NCBI RefSeq assembly: GCF_039654945.1
Contig: NW_027361697.1
Coordinates: 10,912,001 to 10,976,000 of the forward strand
Length of the DNA stretch: 64,000 nucleotides
Direction of reading: 5' to 3'
From: Dendrobates tinctorius
Lineage: Eukaryota
The notes under the pieces were generated by a model. That model worked only from the letters and a program-made list of their open reading frames with translations, was not told where the DNA came from and did no database searches. Positions 1 through 13,089 of this stretch are shown one piece after another; the stretch's first letter is position 1; every line of letters starts with the position of its first letter. Made by a program: the position numbers and the translations under genes.

Positions 1-2100
1 TTTTTCTCTAGGTGATCGATGGCATCCCAAATGGATTGAGCGTGCAATAAAATTTTGTCAAAAACAGTGGTTTTTATTTGAATAAAAATTATTATTTAAT
101 GTGTCTGTGTGTTTTTTTTCTATTCTTTATAATTGGATTAATAATGGATCGGCGTCTAATTGACGCCTCTCCATTATTAACCGGGCTTAATGTCACCGAT
201 CAAAGGTGACATTAACCCCTTTATTACCCCACATCCCGCCGACGCGGTGCGGGAGTGGGAAGAGAGGGGCTAAGTGCCAGAATTGGCGCATCTTATTGAT
301 GTGCCATTTCTGGGGTGGCTGCGGCCTGATATTTGTAGCCGGGGGGGGCAATATCCATGACCCCTTCCTCGGCTATGAATATCAGCCCGCAGCTGTCTGT
401 GTAGCCTTTCTGGCCCTAAAATATGGGGGGCCCCTATGTCATTTTTTTTTGGGGGGTCCCCCTTTTTTTTAGAGCCAGAAAGGCAACGCAGACAGCTGTG
501 GGCTGATCTTCATAGCCTGGGAAAGGGGACATGGATATTAACCCCTTCCCAGGTTGGAAATATCAGTTTGCAGTTGTCTGCTTAGTCTTTCTGGCCCTAA
601 AATATGGGGGACCCCTACGTCATTTTTTTTTGGGGGTCCCCCTTTTTTTTTAAAGCCTGAATGGCTACGCAGACAGCTGCGGCAAGATATTTAACACCTG
701 GTAATCATCTCACCAGCGAAATCGCTGTGTGTGAGAGCGATCAGCGAGCGGCCCCCCTGCCGGTATCGCTGATCGCTCTGGGAAATCTCTGGACATTTCT
801 TTGGTCGATGGTCTCCCGCTGGCCAGCATGCATCGCTGCATGTGACAGGCGGGAGACCAGCGATCAGGTTTAAAAAAAAAAAAATTACCGAAAAAATATT
901 GTTATTCTCACCTTCCGATGTCCCGCGCAGTCTTCCGGCCTCTCTCCACGCTTCGGTCACAGTGATCCTTTGCACGAATGAGCGCGAGACGTCGTTGCCG
1001 CGAGACCGTGACATTCTCGCGGTCATTCTCGCAAAGGATCACTGGTACCGTAGCGTCAAGAGAGGCCGGAAGACTGCGCGGGACATCGGAAGGTGAGAAT
1101 AAAAAGATTTTGTATTTTAATACAATTTTTAACGGGTGGCCAGCGATGCCGTCCGCTCGGCATCGCTGGTGTAGCTGCCTGTGTGACAGCTCACCAGCGA
1201 TCACATAGCGACTAAGGGTGGTTTCACATTAGCGCTTTTTAAGCGCACGCACGGCCGGGGGTAGCTCCGCCCCTGAGCCGGCTCTCTGCCCGGCGTGCCC
1301 GCCCCTTGCTTGTAGCGCCGCCTCCTAGCGCACAGCGGCGCCTGCGATTGGCGCACCCTATCTTTAGCATAGGGTGCGCAGATCGTGCGCAGGCCGTGCG
1401 CTAGTTGCACTTTGACCTGCGCTGCGCACTTTTGACGGTGCGCCGTGCGCGCCAAAATCAAACTTTTCGGATTTTGGCGCGCACGGCGCACCGTCAAAAG
1501 TGCGCAGCGCAGGTCAAAGCGCAACTAGCGCACGGCCTGCGCACGATCTGCGCACCCTATGCTAAAGATAGGGTGCGCCGATCGCAGGCGCCGCTGTGCG
1601 CTAGGAGGCGGCGCTACAAGCAAGGGGCGGGCACGCCGGGCAGAGAGCCGGCTCGGGGGCGGAGCTACCCCCGGCCGTGCGTGCGCTTAAAAAGCGCTAA
1701 TGTGAAACCAGCCTTACTAGCAATCCTGACACCTTGATATCGGTGTCGGGATCGCTGGTAAGTCGCTTAGTGTGACGGGGCCTAGGCCGCAGCTGTCTGC
1801 TTTGCCTTTCTGAGCCAAAAATATAGGGGGACCCCACGTCAAAATTATTTTAGGCCTCCCAGGAATTTTACAGCCAGAAAAGAAATGCATACAACTGTGG
1901 CCAATCAGAGCCTCGAAACAGGCCATGTTTATGAACCCCAACCCAGCCTCCATTTACCATCCCATAGTTGTCTGCTTTGCCTTTCTGGCACCAAAATATA
2001 GGGGGGACGTTGCATCTACATACAAGTTTGCACTCAGAAAGGAAACGCAGACAACTGCGGGCTGATATTAATAGCCTATGAAAAGGCAATGAGTATTATC
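1..2100. mobile_element. Large foldback/MITE-like repeat with palindromic core (905-945 vs 1060-1100) and mirrored subrepeats
   Basis: ttctcaccttccgatgtcccgcgcagtcttccggcctctc and its reverse complement around ~1005; recurring cagctgtctg...aaatatgggggac units on both arms. Confidence 0.6.
1213..1716. mobile_element. Near-perfect ~500-bp hairpin MITE with Harbinger-type termini
   Basis: taagggtggtttcacattagcgc ... gcgctaatgtgaaaccagcctta; mirror ORFs 1201-1524(-) and 1405-1737(+) give almost the same peptide. Confidence 0.85.
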
Positions 2101-2276
2101 CCCTCACTCACATTCTAAAAATATGAAGCCGCTAACGTATGGCTACTTTTAGTAGCTATACAATATCAGTGCTCACTACCTAAATTAGTTGTTAGGGCTT
2201 ATATGTAAATGTTTGTTTTTTAGATTTAAAAGTGTTACTGATATAGTTCCTAATTCCATTTTCTATTTGTGTGTAG

Positions 2277-4233
2277 GTGCGTGATTTCCCAGCCCTTTGG
2301 GACCCGGCAGACAGGCTGTACAAAGACCGTGGCAACAGGGATCGTTGCTGGAGCAAAATTTTGAGTGATCTGTACCCTAACTGGAACTCCTTTCCAAAAG
2401 CCACACAGTCACAAATTGGTAACTAACTTTTTCAGGATTATTTTTGTTATCACGTGTTAATAAAGCAAAAAAGGTGGTAAAAATGTTGTTGTCTTTCTTT
2501 TGTAGACAGTGATGTCAAACAGCGTTGGCGTTCAGTTCGGGACAGATTTAACAAATTCATTGCCAGCTGTCAAAAAAGTGGCGCATCCCCAACCAGCAGA
2601 ACATTTCCGTACTTCCAAGAGCTTCAATTTCTCATCTCCAGCCGGACATTGCGAAGGTAAGTTTACCCAAAAAAAAAATACCGCATTCAAACAGTTTTAT
2701 TTATTTGCATTACTTCTCGGATATAGAAATTTGACATCTTTTAATTTTCTGAAATACTTAGCACACTGATGGTTCCAGTTACTCCTTTGAAATTGTCTTC
2801 CACCTGTCTTGAAGGAGTTTACACAGATGCTTAGCACTTGTTTGACTTCACTCTGCGGGCCCACCTCAACCCACACCATCTTGTTTGGGTTCAGGTCTGG
2901 TGACTGTGGAGGCCAGGTCATCTGGCGTAGCACCCCATCAGTGTACTTCTTGGTCAAATAGCCCTTACACAGGCTGGAGGTGTGTTTCTGGTCATTGTCC
3001 TGTTGACTACACAAATTATGGGCCAACGAACAGCAAACCGGATGTAAGAGCATGCCGCCTAAAGATTCCGTGGTAGCCATGCTGGTTCACAATGCCATAA
3101 ATTTAGACTAAATCCACAACAGTTTCACCAGCAAAGCACCCCCACAGCATCACACCTCCTCCTCCATGCTACACGGTGTTAAACAAGCATTGCAAGTCCA
3201 TCCGTTCACCTTTGTCATTTTATACTTTTTAGCCCTTCATACTGATTATACAATTTTCATTATAATGAAAATACATAAAAGTCTTTGAATGAAAAGATGT
3301 CTAAGAACTTTTGGTCTCTATTGGACATCTTCACTATGCGTTATAAAGCGCTTGTGAAGCTCCAATAAATTCTGACATGTGCCGCAGCTTCTAACAATAC
3401 TGCATGTTTCGCTGCCATTTGTTGACGCTGATTGACAGCAAAGATAATTTGCACTGTGTATATATAGCACGCACTGATTCCAAATGAGTGAAATACAAAC
3501 ATGCGTTATAATCGTGCAATTTAAAATGGGTCACCGCAGTTGTCATGAAATTTTTTTGGAGTTGGCCAAACAGTTGGTCAGAATAAAATATGTAATTTTT
3601 AATCCTCATTTTTTTCTTTTTTCTCTCAACAGCACTCAAGGGAACATAATTCAAAACGTCGATGAATCAGAAGATGGAGCAGGGTCTTGTGAGGCAGGTG
3701 ACATCTCGGCACCATGTAGTAACACCCCTTCTGATGTAGCCCCATCTTCATCAGCTGCAGGAACATCTGTTTCTGCAGCTGATGAACCATCGGGTTCCTC
3801 AGAAGCTTGTGTAGCCACTGCCTTTCCGGTGTCTGGAGAGCCGAGCAAGAAAAGAAACAAAAAAAAACACATTGACACCACCTTAAAGGCATCCTCGGAT
3901 ACACTAGATTTGATTAAAAAGACCACAAGCGAGGATGAGTTTGATTTCTTTGGCATGACAATTGCCAATAAAATTCGAAGCTTGACACCGGAGAGGCAGT
4001 CTATATTAATGACAATGGTGCAGATGTCAATCACTGCTTTACAGGACCCTGCTCCCATAGCATCGTACACTAATATTTTAATGGGCGTTTTTAACCTGTT
4101 CCGACCAACACCACCCACCCAACAGCAGCGGCCAACGGAGTATAGGCCAACAAATAACACCAATTACTTTTCTGACTCAGGCAGCTCCCAGGCCAACTAT
4201 CCCTATACCCCTGAGTACCATTATCTCCCCTAA
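2277..4233 (+). CDS. Harbinger-associated MADF (Myb/SANT-like) DNA-binding protein; exons 2277-2418, 2506-2656, 3633-4233; first exon not found
   Basis: Spliced frame VRDFPALWDPADRLYKDRGNRDRCWSKI...DVKQRWRSVRDRFNK...PYFQELQFL...STQGN...DEFDFFGMTIANKIRSL; GT-AG sites with compatible phases. Confidence 0.85.
2765..3212 (-). mobile_element. Tc1 transposase 3' fragment inside the MADF gene intron
   Basis: QQDNDQKHTS...WPPQSPDLNP motifs. Confidence 0.8.
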
Positions 4234-4694
4234 TTGTTACCGTCAATGGTGCACAAAATATTTGTTACAATAATTAGACATGTTGTCTGTTTCTAACACC
4301 TTGCCCGCTTCATCACAATAATCCCCCCAAAAATTTGTGTTGGTTAACAATGTCAGGTTTTGTAGTTGTTTAAATCTAATAATATTTGGCTGTATTTCTG
4401 GTTTTTCGATGCCAACAATGTCCTTGAATTTATATATTGTTTTCCAAATAAAAAATATTGTATTTACAATTTGTTTGTTTTTTTTGGGACAGATTTAATG
4501 TACATGCAGTGATCTCTGCCTGTCATGTGTCGAGAATCAAAGGACTATGGGCTGGAGGATCAAAAAGGTGGTTGATGCAGCAGAAACTGTAGGATTTCCA
4601 GCCAATGTACTGTGTGTAGGCTTTGAAGAAGGAAAATGAGGTGAAATAAATGAAACACACACCATCAATACAGAATCTAAATTGTTTTTATTGA

Positions 4695-5518
4695 TTAATA
4701 CAACCTAATTTTTTTTTTAAATATTTTGAAAAAGTTTTTCATTACAACTTGAGTGGTCCTTTCTTTTGTGACACTCTGTTCTCCTGTGGCCAAAAATCTG
4801 CAAAGAAAAAGAAAAACAACATTAGAAATGTTAGCAAAACATGATATTAAACATGTTTAACATATTCCCATTTAAGAGACTACATTAAAAAACGTTAAAA
4901 AGATATCCATGTCCATCTATGTGTGAGTGACGTGTGAAAGAGCCTCAATCACATACAAACCAAAAAATATATACTTACCGCAAGGTGATGAGCAGCCTTT
5001 CCTCAGCAGTGATCGCCTTCCTCATTATGGTATCCGCAAAGGTCAGGTGTGGTGCCAATATATGTAACAATCGGTCGAATGCCGGGATGGACAGCCGACA
5101 AAACAAGATGAATTTGTCCGGATAGCTGAAATGATATCATGACAAACATTTTAAATTCATAATGATAATATTTGAAGAGACGGATTAAAGATATTTTGAA
5201 CTTACCGCCTCAAATCTTGGTAAAGGACATAAAAATGCCCCTTCTCCTGTCGCTCAGCTACAAGCGGGTGCACCCACATCCGTCTGTTCCTCTTCCTCCT
5301 TCGTCGCCCCTGCAACTAAAATACAAATAAATGTTAAGAAAAAACAAAGAGGCAATGTGCACACATAGCATATTAGCTGGCCAAGCTTCAGCACAACTTA
5401 AAGAAACTCGCACCGCAGCCTATTCTGCATCTGTCCTAACGACAGCATGTTCCCAAAAAATAAACATAATGTCCCCCACTAGACAAAACGGCAACTGAAC
5501 GGAAGATGCCGTGAGCAT
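4695..5518 (-). pseudogene. Truncated Harbinger (HARBI1/PIF-like) transposase; exons ~5518-5414, 5309-5206, 5125-4979, 4797-4695
   Basis: RRMWVHPLVAERQEKGHFYVLYQDLRR-YPDKFILFCRLSIPAFDRLL...ITAEERLLITLR-FLATGE, then an unrelated tail and stop; no DDE domain; in-frame TAG in putative exon 1. Confidence 0.8.
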
Positions 5519-6664
5519 GGTGAACGGCTCAAAGGACTACATAGTCTGACGGAGGATGAGTATATCACTGTGTTTTTTTTTTTTTAATATATATTGGTTA
5601 CCAGATTAATTTATCCTGGTCTGGAACACAGTAACCACTACTCCAGACCATGGGTACCATCCGCACATAAAGCAGTAAATTAAAAGGATGGTTTCCACTC
5701 CTATGGCAGCATTCTTGCCACCATTATGAAAAAAATTGAGATGCTGAATATTTAGCCACTACCATAGGAGTGCCTCAGAAGCAATTTTGTAAAAAACCTT
5801 AAGCATAAGGCCGGGGTCACCCTGGCGAGGAATACAGCCGGGTGAGAGGCGCTCAAAGCACGCATTAGACACGGACCAATGATTCTCTATGGGGTCCCTC
5901 GCACCAGCCGTATATTTCTCATCCGTATTCTACGCTCCGTGCCAATGACAGCATGCTGCGATTGTCAGCGTACTACGCCCATAGTACGCCAATGCAATGC
6001 AACTGATGATTAACGCATGCAAGCACTATACCCTGCGGCCGCCATGTTAACGATAGGGAAGCATTGCAGATGCGACCTATTGCGCATGATGTGCTGCACA
6101 ATAAAACGTAAGGTGAAACCAGCCTTACCTCCTCTCTGTGGCGATTAATGTTTTGCAGCATAAACCACATCAAAAGGATTCGATATGGCCTGCAGAGCAG
6201 GCACCGCTGTGTGATCTGGTTCTCGGCCATCAGGGCACTTGAATGCTGGATGTTTGTGCTGATACTTGCTTTTGGCTAGCAAAATGGAGAATGGTGGGGG
6301 TTGGCCAAGGAAATGACATCACCTTTTTTTTTTTCCTCATTCAAGTTGCCATAAATTTATGTATGTTGTCTGCTTTGCAAAGTGCAGTCAAAACTGCACC
6401 AAAAACCGCACTAAAAAAAACGCAGGAAAACCGCATGAAAACCGCACCAAAAACAGCACCAAAAATGCAAAAACCGCACAAAAAACCGCACTTGCGTTTT
6501 CCAGCGATACGTGCGGATTTCAGGGATAAAAAAACCACACCAAAATCCGCAGCGTGTGCACACAGCCTTAAGAACAATTGTACTGGAGTACTGTACATGC
6601 TGATTATTTTCTAATCATCAGAAAATGTATGTGTGGTTCCCCCCGTCCTGTCCAGCTCTGTGTG

Positions 6665-8344
6665 GCTCCCCCTGTCCCATCCTTGTATACATGGCTCCGC
6701 TCCCACTCTCCCTCCCTTGTATATATGGCTCCGCTCCCACTCTCCCTCCCTTGTATACATGGCTCCGCTCCCACTCTCCCATCCTGTATACATGGCTCTG
6801 CTCCCACTCTCCCATCCTGTATACATGGCTCTGCTCCCACTCTCCCATCCTGTATACATGGCTCTGCTCCCACTCTCCCATCCTGTATGCATGGCTCCGC
6901 TCTCACTCTCCCATCCTGTATATATGGCTCCGCTCCCATCCTTGTATACATGGCTCTGCTCCCACCCTCCCATCCTGTATACATGGCTCTGCTCCCATCC
7001 TCCCATCCTGTATACATGGCTCTGCTCCCACTCTCCCATCCTGTATACATGACTCTGCTCCCACTCTCTCATCCTGTATACATGGCTCTGCTCCCACTCT
7101 CCCATCCTGTATACATGGCTCTGCTCCCACTCTCCCATCCTGTATACATGGCTCCGCTCCCACTCTCCCATCCTTGTATACATGGCTCTGCTTCCACTCT
7201 CCCATCCTGCATACATGGCTCCGCTCCCACTCTCCCATCCTGTATGCATGGCTCCGCTCCCACCCTCCCTCCCTTGTATACATGGCTCTGCTCCCATCCT
7301 CCCATCCTGTATACATGGCTCTGCTCCCACTCTCCCATCCTGTATACATGACTCTGCTCCCACTCTCTCATCCTGTATACATGGCTCTGCTCCCATCCTC
7401 CCATCCTGTATACATGGCTGTGCTCCCACTCTCCCATCCTGTATACATGGCTCCGCTCCCACTCTCCCATACTGTATACATGGCTCTGCTCCCACTCTCC
7501 CATCCTGTATACATGGCTTTGCTCCCACTCTCCCATCCTGTACACATGGCTCTGCTCCCACCCTCCCTCCCTTGTATATATGGCTCCGCTCCCACTCTCC
7601 CTCCCCTGTATATATGGCTCCGCTCCCTCCACTGTATATATGGCTCCGCTCCCACTCTCCCCCCCCTTGTATATATGGCTCCACTCCCACTCTCCCCCCT
7701 TGTATATATGACTCCGCTCCCACTCTCCCTCCCCTGTATATATGGCTCCGCTCCCTCCCCTGTATATATGGCTCCGCTCCCACTCTCCCTCCCCTGTATA
7801 TATGGCTCCGCTCCCACTCTCCCTCCCCTGTATATATGGCTCCGCTCCCACTCTCCCTCCCCTGTATATATGGCTCTGCTCCCACTCTCCCTCCCTTGTA
7901 TTTATGGCTCCGCTCCCACCCTCCCTTGTATATATGGCTCCGCTCCCACCCTCCCTTGTATATATGGCTCCGCTCCCACTCTCCCACCCATGTATATATG
8001 GCTCCGCTCGGCTCCCCCATCATACTTACCCTCACATCGCAGAACTTCCCTCCCTGCATCTCGCGGCGCTTCAGCTCCTGTGCGGAGCGGTCACGTGCTA
8101 CCGCTCATTAAGGTCTATGAATATGGACGCCACACCTATGGGAGAGGAGTGGCGTCCATATTCATGACCTTAAATGAGCGGTACACTTGACAGCTCAGCG
8201 CTGGATGAAGCCGCCGCGCCGTCAGGGACCGCTAGGTGAGTATCAGCTTCTGCACCACCGCCCGCTCTCCTTGTGTCCGCGGATCGGTACGGGCGCTGCA
8301 ACGGCCCGATGCTGGGCCGCGGACCGGTGGTTGGGGACCTCTGC
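6665..8344. repeat. ~34-bp minisatellite (ccatcctgtatacatggctctgctcccactctc) within an hAT-like non-autonomous element
   Basis: Dozens of tandem units 6665-8010; terminus ggttggggacctctg at ~8343; explains the many low-complexity ORFs. Confidence 0.85.
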
Positions 8345-9128
8345 TCTAGATCATCCAGATGGTCAATGGCGAACTTCAAATGGGCCAGGACATATGCTGG
8401 TGTGAGCAGAAGGACCTTGTGTACCCTGCAGGATTTTAATCCAAGAAAATGTAGTGTGTTACTAACTGTAATGTTTGAGATTGTGGTCCCAGCTCTCTTC
8501 AGTTCTTTGACTAGTACCTCCCGTGTAGTTCTGGGCTGATTCCTGACCTATTCAGTATCATTCTTACCTCATCCTTATCTCAAAAAGTGAGATATTGCAT
8601 AGAGCCCCAGACCAAGTAAGACTGACAGTCTTGTGTTTCTTCCATTTTCTAATAACTGGACCCGTTGTTGCCTTCTCGCCAAGCTGCTTACCTATTGTCC
8701 TGTAGCCCATCCCAGCCTTGTGCAGGTCTACAATTTTGTCCCTGGTGTCCATAGACAGCTCTTTGGCCTTGGCCATGGTGGAGAGGTTGGAGTGTGATTG
8801 AGTGTGTGGAACGGTGTCTTTTATACAAGTAGCGAATTCAAACAAGTGCAATTAATACAGGTAATGAGTGCAGAGTATGAGAGCTTTTTAAAGAAAAACT
8901 AACAGCTCTGTGTGAGCCAGAATTCTTGCTGGTTGGTAGGTGATCAAATACTTCTTTCATGTAATTTAATTATTTAAAAATCATACAATGTGATTTTCTG
9001 TTATTTTTAGATTCTGTCTCTCACAGTTGAAGTGTACCTACTATAAACATTACAGACCTCTCCATTCTTTGTAGGTAGGAAAACTTGCAAAATTGTCAGT
9101 GTATGAAATACTTATTTTACCCACTGTA
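8345..9128 (-). mobile_element. Tc1-like element, 5' part
   Basis: [34 protein letters not shown] paired-HTH start; TIR end cccactg-ta. Confidence 0.85.
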
Positions 9129-11008
9129 TACTAATTGTACTTGGGTATTTGTCCTTATACCCTACTGTATAATGTGACATCATACTCTTTTGAGAGTTAT
9201 GGAGTTATTGGGGCACATCATGTTGTCTAGGAACATCATACTCTTTGTGAAGGCATTAAAATGTTTGAGAGTTGTGCAGAAAAATCATACTGGAAGGAGT
9301 TGTGTACTATACGGTGTAGTAGTATATTATACTGTGTGGAGATGTAAGGGGGTGACGTTGCTATGGACCGTAGAGACAAGCTGCCACTTTAAGAGACAGC
9401 ACCCCCTTGGTTAGAGCAGTGGGACATTCTGCACTTCCCTGCTGTAAAGACTGTTTTGATTTCTTCTGCCAGCACTGCAGAGGGGAGGGGCTGCTTTTCT
9501 GTGTGCGAGGAGAGAGCCGAGATTTCTCCAGGAACGACACGTACCTGAGCTGTGAAGGAAAGACTTTGTAAACTATTCTGTGGAAAACAAGGTGGCTTTC
9601 CTATGTTGCCGTGAGGAGCCACAAAGAAAAGACAAGAAAGGAATCCAGAGGAGGGAATCCACTGTTTCTAGGAGCATCACTGGATCTGCACACAAGGAAA
9701 AGATCACGCTGCACAGAGCTTCCAGGAAGAAGTGTGCACCATCTTGCAAAGCTGCATGCCTCCGGGAATGGACTGAGATACCAATGCTACTGTGAGTGTT
9801 AACCTTTTCTGTGCACATGCTAGAGTTTAGGATAGGCTGCAATAGATAGAACACGGCAGCCGTGTGGCCTGGTTAGCAAAGGCCAGATAGGTTATAGTTA
9901 GTGTAGCATCATACATTACTTTACTGTGTTTTCTTGCCAGTTGGATAAATACACTGAGCTGTTATAGCTGGTGCTCCGTGCTGTTTGATGGCCCAGCTAG
10001 AGAATATTATCCTTGTAAATCGTCTGTTTCCATAGCATACCCCTGTTTCTGCATTTTCATAAACACTGCATTCCTTGCCTGTAAATAAATTAACCCATTG
10101 TTGCTTGCACCTCATCTTGTGTACCGTAGTCCCCCTGCATTGTGGTGGTCCCCCGGCCATCGGTTCAGGGACATGATCATACGCTGTGGGGACATCTTAC
10201 TCTGTGGGGGGTTTCTGAGGACATCATACTGTTTGAGGGGCTATGTGGGGGCATCATACTATGTTCAGAGCTGTGTGGGGACATCATACTCTGTTAGGGA
10301 TTATGGAGGTAGTAAATTGTGCTGGAAGCTGTTCACCAAGGTACAAGGGCTTAATAACAAAGCAGTATGATTATAAATGTTATAAAAAAACAGGAAACAT
10401 AATTCTGCTCACTATTAAATAATAAAAATTAATATAAACAAGAATAATGAACAGAATTAAGTTCGGATGGTTAGTTTGGCCCTCCACAGTAATCACAGAC
10501 TCTCATGTGGCCCCTTGAGAAAATGAATTGCCCACCCTAAGTCCAGAGGATTCCCTTCCATCTTTCTTGTCTTTCCTCGCACCACTATAAGACCCCATCA
10601 TCTTCACAGCAACCTCGACACTCAATTAAAAATAAGCAGGGCATCTTCACCACTGAAAAACCCACAGATACAAATGGTTTGATGCACTATTTGGGCTGCT
10701 ACCCTAGAGCCATAAGAAAACTCTCCCTAGCACTCAATTCAGCTTCGATTTACTTGCACCTCCATCCAATAGATACTGAGCGCACTCCAAGTGACTTTGA
10801 TTCCAATCACTAAGGGGACCTTGTGAACCCCTTCTTGTGATTGCTAGTTATCCCAGGAATCAGACACCCAGTGATCATATATTTATCAAATACTCTGTGA
10901 AACGGTCTATGGGACAACCCTGTTCAATTCTAAAACCATGCCTGTTCTAATCTTAGATTGATAGATATATTGGCTTAAGAAAGAATCTAATTTTAAAAAA
11001 ATATATAT

Positions 11009-11439
11009 TTAAAGGGACTCTGTCCACAAGTTTTTGCTATGTAGTCTGACAGCAGCATGATGTAGGGCCAGAGACCATGATTCCGGTGATGTACCACTTA
11101 GTTTACTGGCTGCAGCAGTTGTAATAGGATCACAGTTTTCTCTGCTGCAGACCTAGCAGAGCTCTGACTGCTGAGCTTTGTATAACCACGCCTACCCCAC
11201 TGATTGGCTTTTGTGCACACTGTATATTGACAGAAAGCCGTTGTGGAGGTGTGGCAGGACCAGGAGGCACGAGAACATCTAGTCCTGTAGTTATAATATC
11301 CTGCTGATAAAACACTAATTTTATTGAAACAATTAAACACAGACTAGTAAGTGACACATCATTGGAATCAGGGAGACTGATCCTACGTCTTGATGAACTT
11401 GAATTACATAGCAAAAACCTGGTGACAGATTCCCTTTAA
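11009..11439. mobile_element. T2/Kolobok-type MITE (TTAA-AGGG termini); related copy at ~27074-27510
   Basis: ttaaagggactctgtccac ... tgacagattccctttaa with internal inverted arms. Confidence 0.7.
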
Positions 11440-11559
11440 TCAATCTATAATGTATCACTAATTCTAATGTCTATAATTATTAGTAAGATGATGTATTTTT
11501 AACTGCCTCGGTAGGAAACTATATGCGCAGCGTGATTTTTTTTCTAGCCCACATTAGCT

Positions 11560-11893
11560 GATGACAGCTTTGATCCTAAAGTTTATTTCCTCTATCGTTG
11601 CGTCCACATTTACTGTTTTGTAAGTACAAAAATTCAGACCTTTTAACCCAAACCAGCTACAGATTCCACGAGTATTTATCCGAAGGCTTTTAAATATTAA
11701 AAATAAAACACACACACACAATACATTAGTTTGCAGGAGATTTATCTGGTAATCACTCCAGGGGTATAACAGTGAGGAAGGATTAGGTAAGGTTATATTT
11801 TTTTTTATATTTTTTTATGCTGAAAGGTCATCAAAAGATATTCGTTGATTTGAAAGTGAAGATTTTCTTTGCATCCTTCATTGATTCTGATGC
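11560..11893 (-). other. Probable terminal 3'UTR exon of the ranaspumin-like gene, with polyA signal
   Basis: ctttttcttaacattacag| acceptor at 11894; AATAAA on minus strand at 11587-11582; 3' end approximate. Confidence 0.6.
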
Positions 11894-13025
11894 CTGTAAT
11901 GTTAAGAAAAAGATATATAACGTTTTATTATGAATATTATTTATCATATCTAAATAAACAAAAGAAAAACAGCAGAAAACCAATGTGGTTGAATTAAAGT
12001 TGTAACTGTATAGTAAGTGAAAAAAGGGCTTAAAATACTAAAGCAAGAAAGCAGTGGTGAGGTAATAAAAGAAACAAAAAAAAGTGTAAAAGACAAGAAA
12101 ATTCAACGTGAAATGGAGAGATAAGAAATATATTTTAGCTACATAAATAATAAAAATAATAAAAAAAAATAGAAAGTCTTAGTAAACCTCTTGGAAAAAA
12201 ATTTGTGGATGATAAAGGAGGATGAAAAAAAAAGTTTATCGCTTTTCACACTGAAAAATCCGATGACAAAAAAAATTATTAGTGATCCTCTGGGCTGAAG
12301 AGGACCTATTTGGCCAGTTTTTGTTCTTATTTCAATTTTCCTGTCCTGAATATATCCTTGGTTTGATAATATCTGCCAAATATTTTTTTTTTAATGATAG
12401 AGGCCTTTTTATTTAAAGCTCAGTTTTATCGTCTTGACAAGGGGGTGTGGCCGACAGGATCCTCTAGGGTGTGACTTTAGGCTGCTCTGCATTATTACCC
12501 CATGAGCAAAGGGGAGGGGGAATATCATAAAAGTTAGCACAAAATAAAAAGCTTATTTACATCTCTGGAACCGTATGGTGGATTTAATAGAAAACAACAA
12601 AGAAATATTTAGAGGAGTAGTAGGTATAAGAAGAAAGGAAAATACTGGCCACTTTTGTACTCCCTGAAAGGTCCTCGTTATATGTCACCCGTTCCAGTTA
12701 GAGAGACCCATTATTGGAGGGTACTCGTAATTCTAAAAATATCTCATTTCATAAAGTCATGTCAGAAGTTGAGCTTAGGGTAAGAATGTGGAGGCTATGA
12801 CCCCCCGACGCTTCCCTGATAAAGTTGTATGTTGGTCATAGACATTATAATACTTGCACTCAACTTTCTAAAGACGGTGGAATAAAGCTGAAAGTGTCTA
12901 AAAAGGCGCCTTTTTAGCAATTGCTGAAAGACTTAGCATTGAGACCCCTTTCAAACCCAACTAGTAATACGCCTTGTTCTCATGACAAAAAGACTTATTT
13001 TCATTTGATGCTTTATAATACTTAC

Positions 13026-13089
13026 ATTTCTTTTTTTTTTTAATTTTCTTTTAACCGGCTCAAAGATTGGCCACACTCAGTACATTGTC
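13026..13089 (-). CDS. Ranaspumin-like exon 15 (DNVLSVANL*, TGA at 13062-13060, then 34 nt of UTR)
   Basis: ttttccctttccgaacag| ... AAT|gtaagt. Confidence 0.78.

Noticed and set aside
3484-3632. N-terminal part of the 249-aa ORF as coding sequence
   Set aside because: It is intronic and includes the pyrimidine tract; the exon begins at 3633.
6578-8190. Long overlapping ORFs up to 521 aa
   Set aside because: Translations of a minisatellite open in several frames on both strands.
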